A stretch of DNA of 61,465 nt, the filler included, from Chiloscyllium plagiosum (lineage: Eukaryota), in assembly GCF_004010195.1 (NCBI RefSeq). It is 4 parts of one record of this genome, joined end to end, with 100 filler letters (N's around TTAATTAATTAA, not from the genome) between each part and the next. Parts side by side here need not be neighbours in the genome. Positions count along the whole stretch, not along the records: positions 21,000 to 51,322 come from NC_057713.1; positions 51,423 to 55,445 come from NC_057713.1; positions 55,546 to 61,465 come from NC_057713.1; 1 more part is not named here. One strand, given 5' to 3'. The notes under the pieces were generated by a model, which worked only from the letters and a program-made list of their open reading frames with translations, was not told the origin of the DNA and did not search any database. Shown here one piece after another: positions 49,071-59,828 of the stretch. A program made the position numbers and the translations under genes. Positions within the stretch are counted from its first letter, which is position 1. Each line of letters opens with the position of its first letter.

Positions 49071-49903
49071 GTGTTGATTTAGAAACAGCTAGCACTTGGT
49101 ATTGCAAACAGCAAGTTATTTCTATGGGGAAGCTGGATAAGTATTCATAACTATTATTGGTTTAGCCAGATTGGTGCTTCAAATTCTTTTCAGCTGACAC
49201 TGAATAACAGATGGGTGTTTGTACCAAGGCTTCCCCATTTGACTGAAACACTGGTGCGAGTTCAAAACACGAGGAATTGAGTCTGCTGCTTCAAGAAGCT
49301 GCACAAGGTTGGCATATTTACCAAAAAGATTGTCACCTAAAATAATCTTTATGTGCGTTTCCTAGCCTTTGACACTTTTTTTTGTAATTTTTTCATTTAT
49401 CTAGGCATAGGAAGAAAACTCCCAAGAATTGATTGGCCTTTTAAAGGCCTTTGGGATTTCTTTGAATCTGCTAATAAGAGTGAAGATGCACGTTCTGGAG
49501 TTTGCATTGCAGTGATGTGGCATTCAGGTAGACCCATTAAAATAAGTGGAAGCCTGAAACCTTAGTTTGTGTCCAGAAACCTAGAATGCAAACAAAACAT
49601 AGTTGTTAGTTAATGATTGCAAGACCTGCAATTATCGCCCATTGCCACTTGGGAAGTTCCGAGTGGAAATTGATTTTGGCATGCTGTTGGCTGTCGGCTG
49701 ATGGCCATTCTTAGAATGGTTGATCAGGTAATCTTGGGTTTTGTTGTCCCACACAGGATAATGCAGAGATATTGATGCTTCCTGTCTGCAGATATTTAAT
49801 TTTATTCCCCATTCTCTGCTGCTCTGGGAACTTGCTGCTTTTTAACACCCTACAGGCTCAAACAATCTGATGGGTGTCAGTCAGAATTTCCGTGACTGAA
49901 AAT

Positions 49904-50062
49904 CATGATGTGGAGGTGCCGGTGTTGGACTGGGGTAGATAAAGTTAAAAATGTCACATCAGGTTATAGTCCAACAGGTTTATTTGGAAGCACTAGCTTT
50001 CAGAGTGCCGCTCTTCCATCGGGTGACTAGTTGGACTATAACCCGGTGTTGTGATTTTTAAC
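49904..50062. mobile_element. PLE family C fold-back
   Basis: Left minus arm with tail and decayed hammerhead; short right arm ending GATTTTTAAC. Confidence 0.75.
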
Positions 50063-51073
50063 ACTGACTGAGAAGATTGTGCCACTCCATCTTGAATTTT
50101 CCTTCTCACTGCCTCAGAAAGGAATCTCATTGAACAGTTCAACAATATGCCACACCTAATTTTCAAGCTGCAAAACTTTCTTCTTATTTCAGTTACAGCA
50201 ATTCAACTTCCATTTCTGATTATAGTTCCTAAAAATGGAAACTGTGTCTGTTATACTTGATCAAGTTGATTATTGTCTGCATTTGTGTGCCACTCTGCTC
50301 CAGATCATGTTGAGTGTGAACTTTTCAGGAGTTAGTCAAATAGTGCTGAACATTATTCAATCATCAGCAAACACCATCACCTGAGGAACACTAGTAAACA
50401 CAACTGTCTTTTCACTAGATACAACTCAGCCAGCAGAAATTTTATTCCTGTTTGCCATTGCTTCCAATGTTTGCTAGGGTTCAATTACATCATTCTGAGC
50501 CAAATGCTGTCATGATGCCAAAGGCAGTCACTCAAATCTCACCACGTATTCATGTGTATTCAGCAAGTGGTGAAAATATAGACTTTTCTGCAAGATAGGG
50601 TGTTTGAGGTGATTATCTTCGAATCATTCACGAGGAAGCTGGGAAACACATCAGGGAGAAAGAAATGGAAGGATATGTTGATAAGGAAACGCAGGATTAG
50701 GAGAGGTTCATTTGAAATGTAAGTCCTGGATAGCCAACAGGACTAGACTGACAATGCAGGAAGGATTTCTGCAGGGGTCACATCTAAGGAAACTGAGCAG
50801 ATCACTTAGGGCCGAAATGAGAAATGTCTTCACCCAGAGAGTGGTGAGCCTGTGGAATTCTGTGCCACAGGAACCAGTTGAGGTCAAACATTGTTTTCAA
50901 GAAGGAATTAGATATAGTTCTTGGTGCTAAAGGGATCAAAGGGCATGGTGAGAAAGCAGAAACAAGGTTGCTCAGTTGGATGATCAGTCATTGAGTGACA
51001 AAGCAGGCTTGACGGACTGAATGGCCTGCTTTCTCATTTTCTGTGTTGCTCTGTATTTATGTGATGTTATTTG

Positions 51074-51322
51074 CATCCTCGACAGTGAAGACGGATGCAA
51101 AATGTCTGTTCAATTCACATACCAGTTCCTTATTTTCCATCATTAATTCAAAGACATTCATTCTCTGTCTCTCTCTCTGTCTCTCTCTCTGTCTCTCTCT
51201 CATCCTCGACAGTGAAGACGGATGCAAAATGTCTGTTCAATTCACATACCAGTTCCTTATTTTCCATCATGAATTCAAAGACATTCATTCTCTGTCTCTC
51301 TCTCTGTCTCTCTCTCTGTCTC
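51074..51322. repeat. 127-bp tandem duplication (CR1 fragment plus CT microsatellite) running into a gap
   Basis: Copy 1 is 51074-51200, copy 2 starts at 51201; one substitution seen (CATTAATTC vs CATGAATTC). Confidence 0.88.
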
Positions 51323-51422
51323 NNNNNNNNNNNNNNNNNNNNNNNNNNNNNNNNNNNNNNNNNNNNTTAATTAATTAANNNNNNNNNNNNNNNNNNNNNN
51401 NNNNNNNNNNNNNNNNNNNNNN

Positions 51423-51643
51423 TTAACCTCCTTCCACCTATCGCATTTCCAACGCCCCTCCCCCAAGTCCCTCCTCCCTACCTTTTATCTTAGCCTGCTG
51501 GACGCACCCTCCTCATTCCCGAAGAATGGCTCATGCCCGAAACGTCGATTCTCCTGCTTCTTGGATGCTGCTTGACCTGCTGCGCTTTTCCAGCAACACA
51601 TTTTCAGCTCTGATCTCCAGCATCTGCAGTCCTCACTTTCTCC
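51423..51643 (+). mobile_element. PLE family A terminal repeat, hammerhead core mutated
   Basis: Matches 170-391; the core reads CCGAAGAATGGC..GCCCGAAACGTC. Confidence 0.87.
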
Positions 51644-54198
51644 TACAATACTGGCCTTGACCTTAAACCTCATTGTGAGGCAACAAACTGCACAATAAAA
51701 GCAGTATGGTTTTAGCTGATGATTTCATCACCCTCACAGCATTCTCGGCCTGCATTCCGATCGTCATTTGCAGAAGGACCGGTGCCAATTATGCCTTTTG
51801 TTCTGAACTGCCCCAGCAGAGGAAATGGGACCTTATTATCAAACATTTGATCATCTTAAACTAGTTAGCTCACCATCTCATCTTCAGTATTCGGGGAGGC
51901 GGGGGAGTGTAGGGGGAGCATGCAAGTGTGGCTTATGTATTTGTAAATGTTCCTATTTATCCAGCCCTTGTCCTGAGCTCAGAACTCATGGCACGGAGTT
52001 GCAGATAAGCAGGACGTTTCTGAATGATGACTCAAAGTTAACCGAAGGTCTTCTGTGAACGCAGTTAGGATCCATTAAAAGCTTAGTTTGAACTTTTGCA
52101 AATATTCTCTCAGTTTCATGTGAATGCCTTCAATTTGCTGTAAGAAAGTTCAGTTAATTGGTGGTCATCTAATTGGCAAAAAAAAACGCAGCCAACTGGC
52201 AAGTTTCAACTGAACTTTCATTTTACATATCTTTTTATAGGTAGGGAATGTCAGAGCACAATATAACGCCAATTAGCAGAGTTTTACTGTTTAAAGCAAA
52301 GCTCCATTTTATTTTAATTTAATAACGCTTGTTAATAATGTTCATCTTATCCCATTTTTAAAAAGACATTTAATTTAAACACACGGTAGTAAATCTTCAG
52401 AGGCTTCAATTTCATTATTCCTCTTAAGCAATTCTTTCCCAGCTGCTTGGGAATTTGCGATGATACTGTAAGAAGTTTACGTGCTCATATTTTTCACTTG
52501 CACAGGCAGACGTTTGAACTTAAAATCAGAGAAGAAGGTTTAGTGCAGAAAATGTGCACTGATGTCAGAGTTTTGACAAAGGATAGCATGATTCAAAACA
52601 AAAGGAGATGATTCAGTCCATTGTTTCTGTTCTGGGCTTTTGAAGGAATCATTCAATTAACGGCGCTCTCTTTTCCCACAAATGTTCTCTTTTTTCATGT
52701 GTTAATCCATTTCCCTTTCAAAAGCTAATGTTGAACCTGCCTTTTTGTTCAGCACATATCTCAGAACGCCCCGTGTCGGGGAACCCACTGACTGCCGGTT
52801 ATATTGTAGGTGGAGTTAGGCATTAATTTTGATTCACAACTGATTAATTAATTGATTAATGGTGCCTATGCATGGCGATAGTGCACACTTTTCACTGTAT
52901 TTTATATTGAATACACATGACAATACATCATTAAGTTCAATTCAAAGGTGCCAAGGGTAATAGCCCCATTGTCCTAAAAACTGCTGGACCAATGAGCTCT
53001 CTGACAGACTCTTGCCACCTCATTTGCCCACACCATTCCTCATAACCTCCATGGCAACACATATCCTCTCTTAACCCCGTGCCAACTTCTAACCCCAACC
53101 CCCTCCCCCCAATGCTGCCTATTCTGTCTGTTACATTCATGCCACTTCCAATAGCCATGCACCAAAACCCACAATGTGCAGACTTTGGAATTCTTGTGGA
53201 GATGAAATGAACAATCTAACTGAACTCTCATTCATTCACACTTGTTATCAAGAAAAGCCTCTCATTTCTGAAACCCACTTTAAACCCCTCAAGAGCTCAG
53301 TCCATTAGAAAAAAAGCCTTCTCTTCAGCAACCACATTGAAGACAGCTATTTCATTAATCACATTAATCATTCATTCATTCATTAATTCAGAAACTCTGC
53401 AGGTCTGGCCACAATTGTGCAGAGGGAAACAGAGTTAATGTTTCAGGTTCAGTTAAATACTCCTTCAGTGTGTGAACAAGATTTCGAGCCTCTGCTATAT
53501 TTCACTTTTTTTTGTGTAGCTAATTCTTTAGTAGCTTCTTTTAACTATCAATCAAAAAGTGAACCCTGTGAGATATCGTATTCTGGTTCTCTTTACCAAC
53601 TCACTCACGAGTGGTTTATATTTACTAAACGTGTTTCCATTCCTCGTTCACGTGTTTGTGGTACATTTTACTCTTACAAGATAAATTAAATTAAACATCC
53701 CTTCCAACCCATTACTGTTTCTTTGCACCTTTCAATTCTTATCAGCCCCATACTGCAAGCAGTGCTTAGACTTAATTATGCATCAAAGGTTACCCCTGAA
53801 TAAGTGTTAATACCATAACCTACAATGTCACCTCCACTATTGCGTCTCCATAACTCACTTGAAACTGTGGAAAGATTATAGTGTTAATTATCCCTTAACA
53901 ACTGTCTCACGGGATCTGAGTAGGGTGCAGGACATCAAACAGTTTCTCCCACTATTATATACTTTTTAAATACATATCAAACAGGGCTGCTGCCCCCTTT
54001 AAGAAACTTATATCAAAACAGCATTTCCGTGAAACTGCACGAATGAATGAATGTGCAAGAACTGTCAAAGCTGGTAATAGTAAATGAAATCTCACAACCC
54101 AGCTGCAGGAGATCAGTTTAATATCCTCTATACTTTTATTTCGTACACGTATAATTTATCACTTATTTAGATCATATAGATCCTGTATTCTGGATGTA

Positions 54199-54500
54199 GA
54201 GTCATAGAGTCATAGAGATGTACAGCACAGAAACAGACCCTTCGGTCCAACCCATCCATGCTGACCAGATATCCCAACCCAATCTATTCCCACCTGCCAG
54301 CACCCAGCCCATATCCCTCCAAACCCTTCCTATTCATATACCCATCCAAATGTCTTTTAAATGTTGCAATTGTACCAGCCTCCACCACTTCCTCTGGCAG
54401 CTTATTCCATACACGCACCACCCTCTGTGTGAAAAAGGTGCCCCTTAGGTCTTTTTTATATCTTTCCCCTCTCACCCTAAACCTACGCCCTCTAGTTCTA
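54199..54500 (-). mobile_element. CR1 3' end
   Basis: ORF 54284-54544 (FFTQRVVRVWNKLPEEVV) and (AGAGTCAT)n tail. Confidence 0.92.
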
Positions 54501-54572
54501 GATGTAGGTTTGCTCGCTGAGCTGGAAGCTACAAATCTTCTCAAAACTTGCTAGGTCCAGTATTTTTACTTA

Positions 54573-55198
54573 CATAGAACATAGAACATAGAAGAATACA
54601 GCGCAGTACAGGCCCTTCGGCCCTCGATGTTGCGCCGATCCAAGCCCACCTAACCTACACTAGCCCACTATCCTCCATATGCCTATCCAATGCCCACTTA
54701 AATGCCCATAATGAGGGAGAGTCCACCACTGCTACTGGCAGGGCATTCCATGAACTCACGACACGCTGAGTAAAGAACCTACCCCTAACATCTCTCCTAT
54801 ACCTACCCCCCCTTAATTTAAAGCTATGCCCCCTCATAATAGCTGACTCCATACGAGGAAAAAGATTCTCACTGTCGACCCTATCTAAACCCCTAATCAT
54901 CTTATACACCTCTATCAAGTCACCCCTAAACCTTCTTTTCTCCAATGAAAACAACCCCAAGTGCCTCACCCTTTCCTCATACGATCTTTCTACCATACCA
55001 AGCAACATCCTGGTAAACCTCCTCTGCACCCGTTCCAGTGCCTCCACATCCTTCCGATAGTATGGCGACCAAAACTGCACACAATACTCCAGATGCAGCC
55101 GCACCAGAGTCTTATACAACTGCAACATGACCTCAGTACTCCAGAACTCAATTCCTCTACCAATAAAAGCCAGTACGCCATATGCCTTCTTCACCGCA
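54573..55198 (-). mobile_element. Young 5'-truncated CR1 (uninterrupted 179-aa ORF2 C-terminus)
   Basis: ORF 54655-55194 and (CATAGAA)n tail. Confidence 0.94.
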
Positions 55199-55545
55199 CG
55201 TAGTGAGGAAAAGGGAGGCTTGGATTTGTGAATAGTTGTTGTTTAGTCTGCACTGTATAAGTTCGGAAACTAAATTGTTACTTGTCTTGAAATACTGGAA
55301 TGTAGGAGTTCTCTGCCGCTCATGTTTCATCAGATTAAGAGACGAAGCGAGCTTTTGTGGATGTTTGATTTAATTAACATCGAGGTTCGACCTCCGTGTC
55401 GTAAATGTCCATCCACGCTCACCCCATTTCCTTGCAGTTGGTCGANNNNNNNNNNNNNNNNNNNNNNNNNNNNNNNNNNNNNNNNNNNNTTAATTAATTA
55501 ANNNNNNNNNNNNNNNNNNNNNNNNNNNNNNNNNNNNNNNNNNNN

Positions 55546-55677
55546 ACTGCACCCCACTCCCCCATTCACTGCACCCCACTCCCCCATTCACTGCTCCCCA
55601 CTCCCCCATTCACTGCTCCCCACTCCTCCATTCACTGCACCCCACTCCCCCATTCACTGCACCCCACTCCCCCATTC
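55546..55677. repeat. 22-bp minisatellite ACTGC(A/T)CCCCACTCCCCCATTC x6, abutting a gap
   Basis: Seen directly. Confidence 0.93.
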
Positions 55678-55947
55678 ATGGTGGATGAGACCCAGGACTT
55701 GCATATCCTTGGCCGGGTGAGAGGGGTAGTTGAAGTGACACAGGGCGGTGATGTTGGTGGGTGCTTATTTGTTGCTCCTAATGTCATCTCCCCAACACTG
55801 GGGAGACAGGACACCAATCGTGGAATGGTTCAGAGACCACCTCCGGGACACACACACCCAATTCATTGTCGGGATGGGGGGAAGCCTATCCAATTCACTC
55901 ATGTCCTTTAGGGAGCAGTAATCTGCTGTTCTTCCCTGGTTCACAAC

Positions 55948-56064
55948 CAGCTGGTGAAGGAGCAGCGCTCCGAAAACTAGTGCTTCCAAATCAACCTGTT
56001 GGACTATAAGCTGGTGCTGTGTGATTTTTAACTTTGTCCACCTCAGTCCAACACTGGCTCCTCC
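55948..56064 (+). mobile_element. PLE family C terminal repeat
   Basis: CTGGTGAAGGAGCAGCGCTCCGAAAACTAG...CAGTCCAACAC. Confidence 0.78.
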
Positions 56065-56434
56065 CCTGATCTGGCCTACACATGACAGCAGACCCACAGC
56101 AACCTGGTTGACTCTTCACTGCCCTTCCAGACAATAAATGCTTCCTATGCAGCAACTCCTACATCCTATGAATGTATAAAAAAATTACAAAACAAGGAAC
56201 AGGCAATCAGTGCCTTGAGCATGTTCTGCCATTCAATAAAATATTGGCTGATCCAGCTTTAAATCCCCACTCTGAAAATCTTTCACCCACTTGCTTATCA
56301 AAAATCAACCCACCCCTTGCTCAGAAACATTTGAGGACTCTGTTTGCAGTATCTTTTCAGGGAAAGAATTTCAAAGACTAATGACAGTCAGTGAGGAAGA
56401 AATTCACCTCATCTCTGTCTTAAGTAGACAACTG

Positions 56435-56531
56435 TTCCTGATGAAGGGCGTTTGCCCGAAACATTGATTTTCCTGCTCCTCGATGCTGCCTGACCTGCTG
56501 TGCTTTTCCAGCACCACACTAATCTTGACTT
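56435..56531 (+). mobile_element. PLE family A-related repeat, tail-less, starting at the hammerhead
   Basis: TTCCTGATGAAGGGCGTTTGCCCGAAACATTG. Confidence 0.78.
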
Positions 56532-57214
56532 GTTTATTTCTCAACAGTGACCTCCAGTTCTGGATTCTCCCACATGAGGAAACATCCTCACCCCGCAGGA
56601 TCCTTTAGAATCTTACACGTTTCAATCAAGTTGCCTCTTATGCTTCTAAATGACAGCAAACGAAAGGAGCTGGAAATATATCGCCGTTCCTTCACGGTTG
56701 CGAGGTCACAATTCTGGAATGCCCTCCCTAAGCGCATTTTGGTCTACCTACAGCACATGGACAGGCAGGCGGCTGGAATAACACAGCAAGTCAGGCAGCG
56801 TCAGGAGGTGGAGAGGTCGATGTTTCAGGTGTAACCCTTCTTCAGGACTGTGGGGGCGTGGTGGCAGAGGGGTGAAGTTGCAGATAAAAAGGGGGTGGTC
56901 GGGGCAGGGTGGTGAAGTGGGGATAGGAGAAGACAAGTAGAGGGTACGACCTGGTTGGTTATGGACTGCAATGGTTCAACCAGGCAACTCACCATTATCT
57001 TCTCAAGGGGCAACTAGGGAGGGGCTATAAATGCTGGGGCAGCCAGCAACGCTCACATATCCTGAAAAGATACTAAAGTAAGGAGGGAATGGATTTGGAA
57101 CATTTTGAGAGTGAGTTTGTTATCTATTATCCTATTAAGTTGCTCAGGAAGAGGTTAATGAGTGTCACATTTCCTTCTTTTGAGTGAATTCACAACAGCA
57201 TAACGATCTGATTA

Positions 57215-57624
57215 CAGTAGCACTTCGACTTATAAATTTAATCCATTCCGGGACCCAGTTCGCGAACCGAAAAGTTCGTGAACTGAATCAATTTTTCCCA
57301 TTGTTCGGATATTTCCGGAGTCTTTTCTCTTTTTTTGTCTCTTGGAGGTTGGTGATTCCACAAGAAAACGATCCAGAGAAACTTGTTTTTTTTCTTTGTT
57401 GCAGAATTTTCCGAAAATGGGACATCACATTGTCATTTAAAATGTTCCCTGCTCTGTTGGTCACAGTTTTGTTAGGGCGAGGCCTCTCAACAAAAGCCTG
57501 CGCTTCACTCCATTTGTTCGTACCTTGGATTTCGTACGTACGTTGAAGCAAAATTTTACGTACAATCCTGTTCGTAAACCGATTTGTTCGTGAACGGGGT
57601 CGTTCGTATGTCGAGGCGCTACTG
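57215..57624. mobile_element. Tc1/mariner (Tigger/pogo-like) MITE, 410 bp
   Basis: TIRs CAGTAGCACTTCGACTTATAAA and reverse complement CAGTAGCGCCTCGACATACGAA; TA duplication at 57213-57214 and 57625-57626; no transposase. Confidence 0.85.
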
Positions 57625-58349
57625 TATTTTGTAAAGAAAACAAATAGTCTGCAAATGGTGACCTCTCACCCTGCAGCACCCCCCTTCCTCGCCGGCTCTG
57701 CCAATGATCTCATTCACTTGAGCAAGCTGTAATCTCTCATTCTGATCTGTAACAGCTCCACTCATGACTGACAGTGGCTATATAGAACAAAGGAGGCCTC
57801 AGTTCATGATGCTTCCCTGTGTTTTATTCTCTCTCTTACCTTATCTGTGCTGACTGTGAGAAATTCCTGGGCCAGCAGACTGCAATGCTCATTAGTCAGC
57901 TTCAACCCCCTGTTGTTTTTATGAACATCACCGGTAGCTACTCTATCTCTGCAATATGTTGCTGCACTGTCTCCACAGGCTGCACAGGAATGATAGAAAT
58001 TTGGGCTTATCCCAAAATATTTCTACCTCACACAAAGTCTCCTTTACCCATTCAGTGATCCACAGTGTTCCACATGGGCTCACCATCCAGCAGCAACTCA
58101 ACGTTTAATGTTCCAGGATCCCAGCATCAGGTCCCTCGGTGACCTTACCCCATCCCAATCCCTGTCGTCTCTCCTGACTGAATGCTTCCTGAGATCTCAG
58201 TGCCTCTCTGATTCTGGTACCGCCCCACATTGCCCCATTATAGAATGGAACAGCTATTTATTTTCATGTGTATTTTCACAAAAAAAAGTGCAACGTTTAT
58301 GTCGCCATTCCACAGCACCTAAAATAACGGGAAGAAGAAGAAAGTAAAA

Positions 58350-59027
58350 AGGCCACTGTTGGGATATTGTGTGCAATTCTGGTCTCCTTCCTATCGGAAA
58401 GATGTTGTGAAACTTGAATGGGTTCAGAAAAGATTTACAAGCATGTTACCAGGGTTGGAGGGTTTGAGCTACAGGGAGAGGCTGAACAGGCTGGGCTGTT
58501 TTCCCTGGAGAGTCTGAGGCTGAGGGGTGACCTTATAGAGGTTTATAAAATTATGAGGGGCATGGATAGGATAAATAGACAAAGTCTTTTCCCTGGGGTT
58601 GGGGAGTCCAGAACTAGAGGGCATAGGTTTAAGGTGAGAGGGGAAAGATATAAAAGAGACCTAAGGGGTAACATTTTCACGCAGAGGCTGGTACATGTAT
58701 GGAATGAGCTGCCAGAGGAAACGGTGGAGGCTGGTACAATTACAACATTTAATAGGTATCTCGATGGGTATATGAATAGGAAGGGTTAAGGAGGATTTGC
58801 TTGAGGTGTTTAAGATAGGACAATTAGAGAGAAAGAATTTTCATTGCTTGAGTCCAAAATGCTTTAAGAGGCATTTGGATGGGTATATGAATAGGAAGGG
58901 TTTGGAGGGATATGGGCCGGGTGCTGGCAGGTGGGACTAGATTGGGTTGGGATATCTGGTCAGCATGGACAGGTTGGACTGAAGGGTCTGTTTCCATGCT
59001 GTATACCACTATGACTCTATGACTCTA
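58350..59027 (+). mobile_element. CR1 3' portion followed by a second CR1 3' end
   Basis: ORF 58418-58789; the GYMNRKG segment occurs twice; (CTCTATGA)n tail. Confidence 0.9.
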
Positions 59028-59101
59028 TAAAAGTTCATTGCAGTTCAATTAATGGCTCCTGGGATAAGGGTACACTGGAAAGTTGGGCCAAAAAGAGACC
59101 T

Positions 59102-59326
59102 CCAGGTCTAGACCCTACACCAGGACTAGACCCCACACCAGGATTAGACCCCACACCAGGACTAGATCTTCACACCAGGACTAGGTTTCTACACCAGGAC
59201 TAGACCTTTGCACCAGGACTAGACCCCACACCACGACTAGACCCCACACCAGGACTAGACATACGCACCAGGACTTGACCTCTACACCAGGTCTAGACCC
59301 TCACACCAGGACTAGACTTTCACACT
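59102..59326. repeat. 18-19-bp minisatellite CACCAGGACTAGACCCCA, ~12 copies
   Basis: Seen directly; conserved core with a variable short segment. Confidence 0.92.
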
Positions 59327-59828
59327 ATAATCACTTCCCCATCAGTTAATGAAGTCCTGAGCAATGGAAGTCGACCTCTTTACCTCTCTCTCTCTACTCC
59401 ATGAAATCTTCCTCTTTGATGATATGTTTGGTTCGTTGTTCTAATATATCCTTATGTAATTTGATATTTTCTGCTGAAAAGTTCTCTTGACTTCATTGTT
59501 GAGTCAACAGTACCACGCAAATACAAGCTCTTGATTAGTGGAAGATGTAAATAAATAGTGTCATAGAGCTGCACCACACGGAGACAGACCCTTCGCTCCA
59601 ACTTGTTAATGCTGACCAGATTTTCGAAACGAAACTAGTCCCACCTATCACTTCCTCTGACAGTCAATTCCATAAATAAACCACCCCTCCGGGTGAAAAG
59701 GACCCTTTTGTATCTTTCCCCCTCACCTTAAAATGATGCCATCTAGTTTTGAACTCCCCAACCGTGCGGAAAAGATCTTTGATATTCACTTTATATGTCC
59801 GCCTCATGATTTTCTAAAAGAAGACTTA

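Noticed and set aside
49353..49565. Possible terminal TAF4-family exon after an AG acceptor
   Set aside because: The translation lacks the RITR..LRDLIF motif and no product is recognisable.
57184..57679. ORFs overlapping the MITE as a transposase
   Set aside because: No HTH or DDE motifs are seen and the element is only 410 bp.
59102..59326. CRISPR-like regular repeats
   Set aside because: The period is 18-19 bp with no real spacers; it is a minisatellite.
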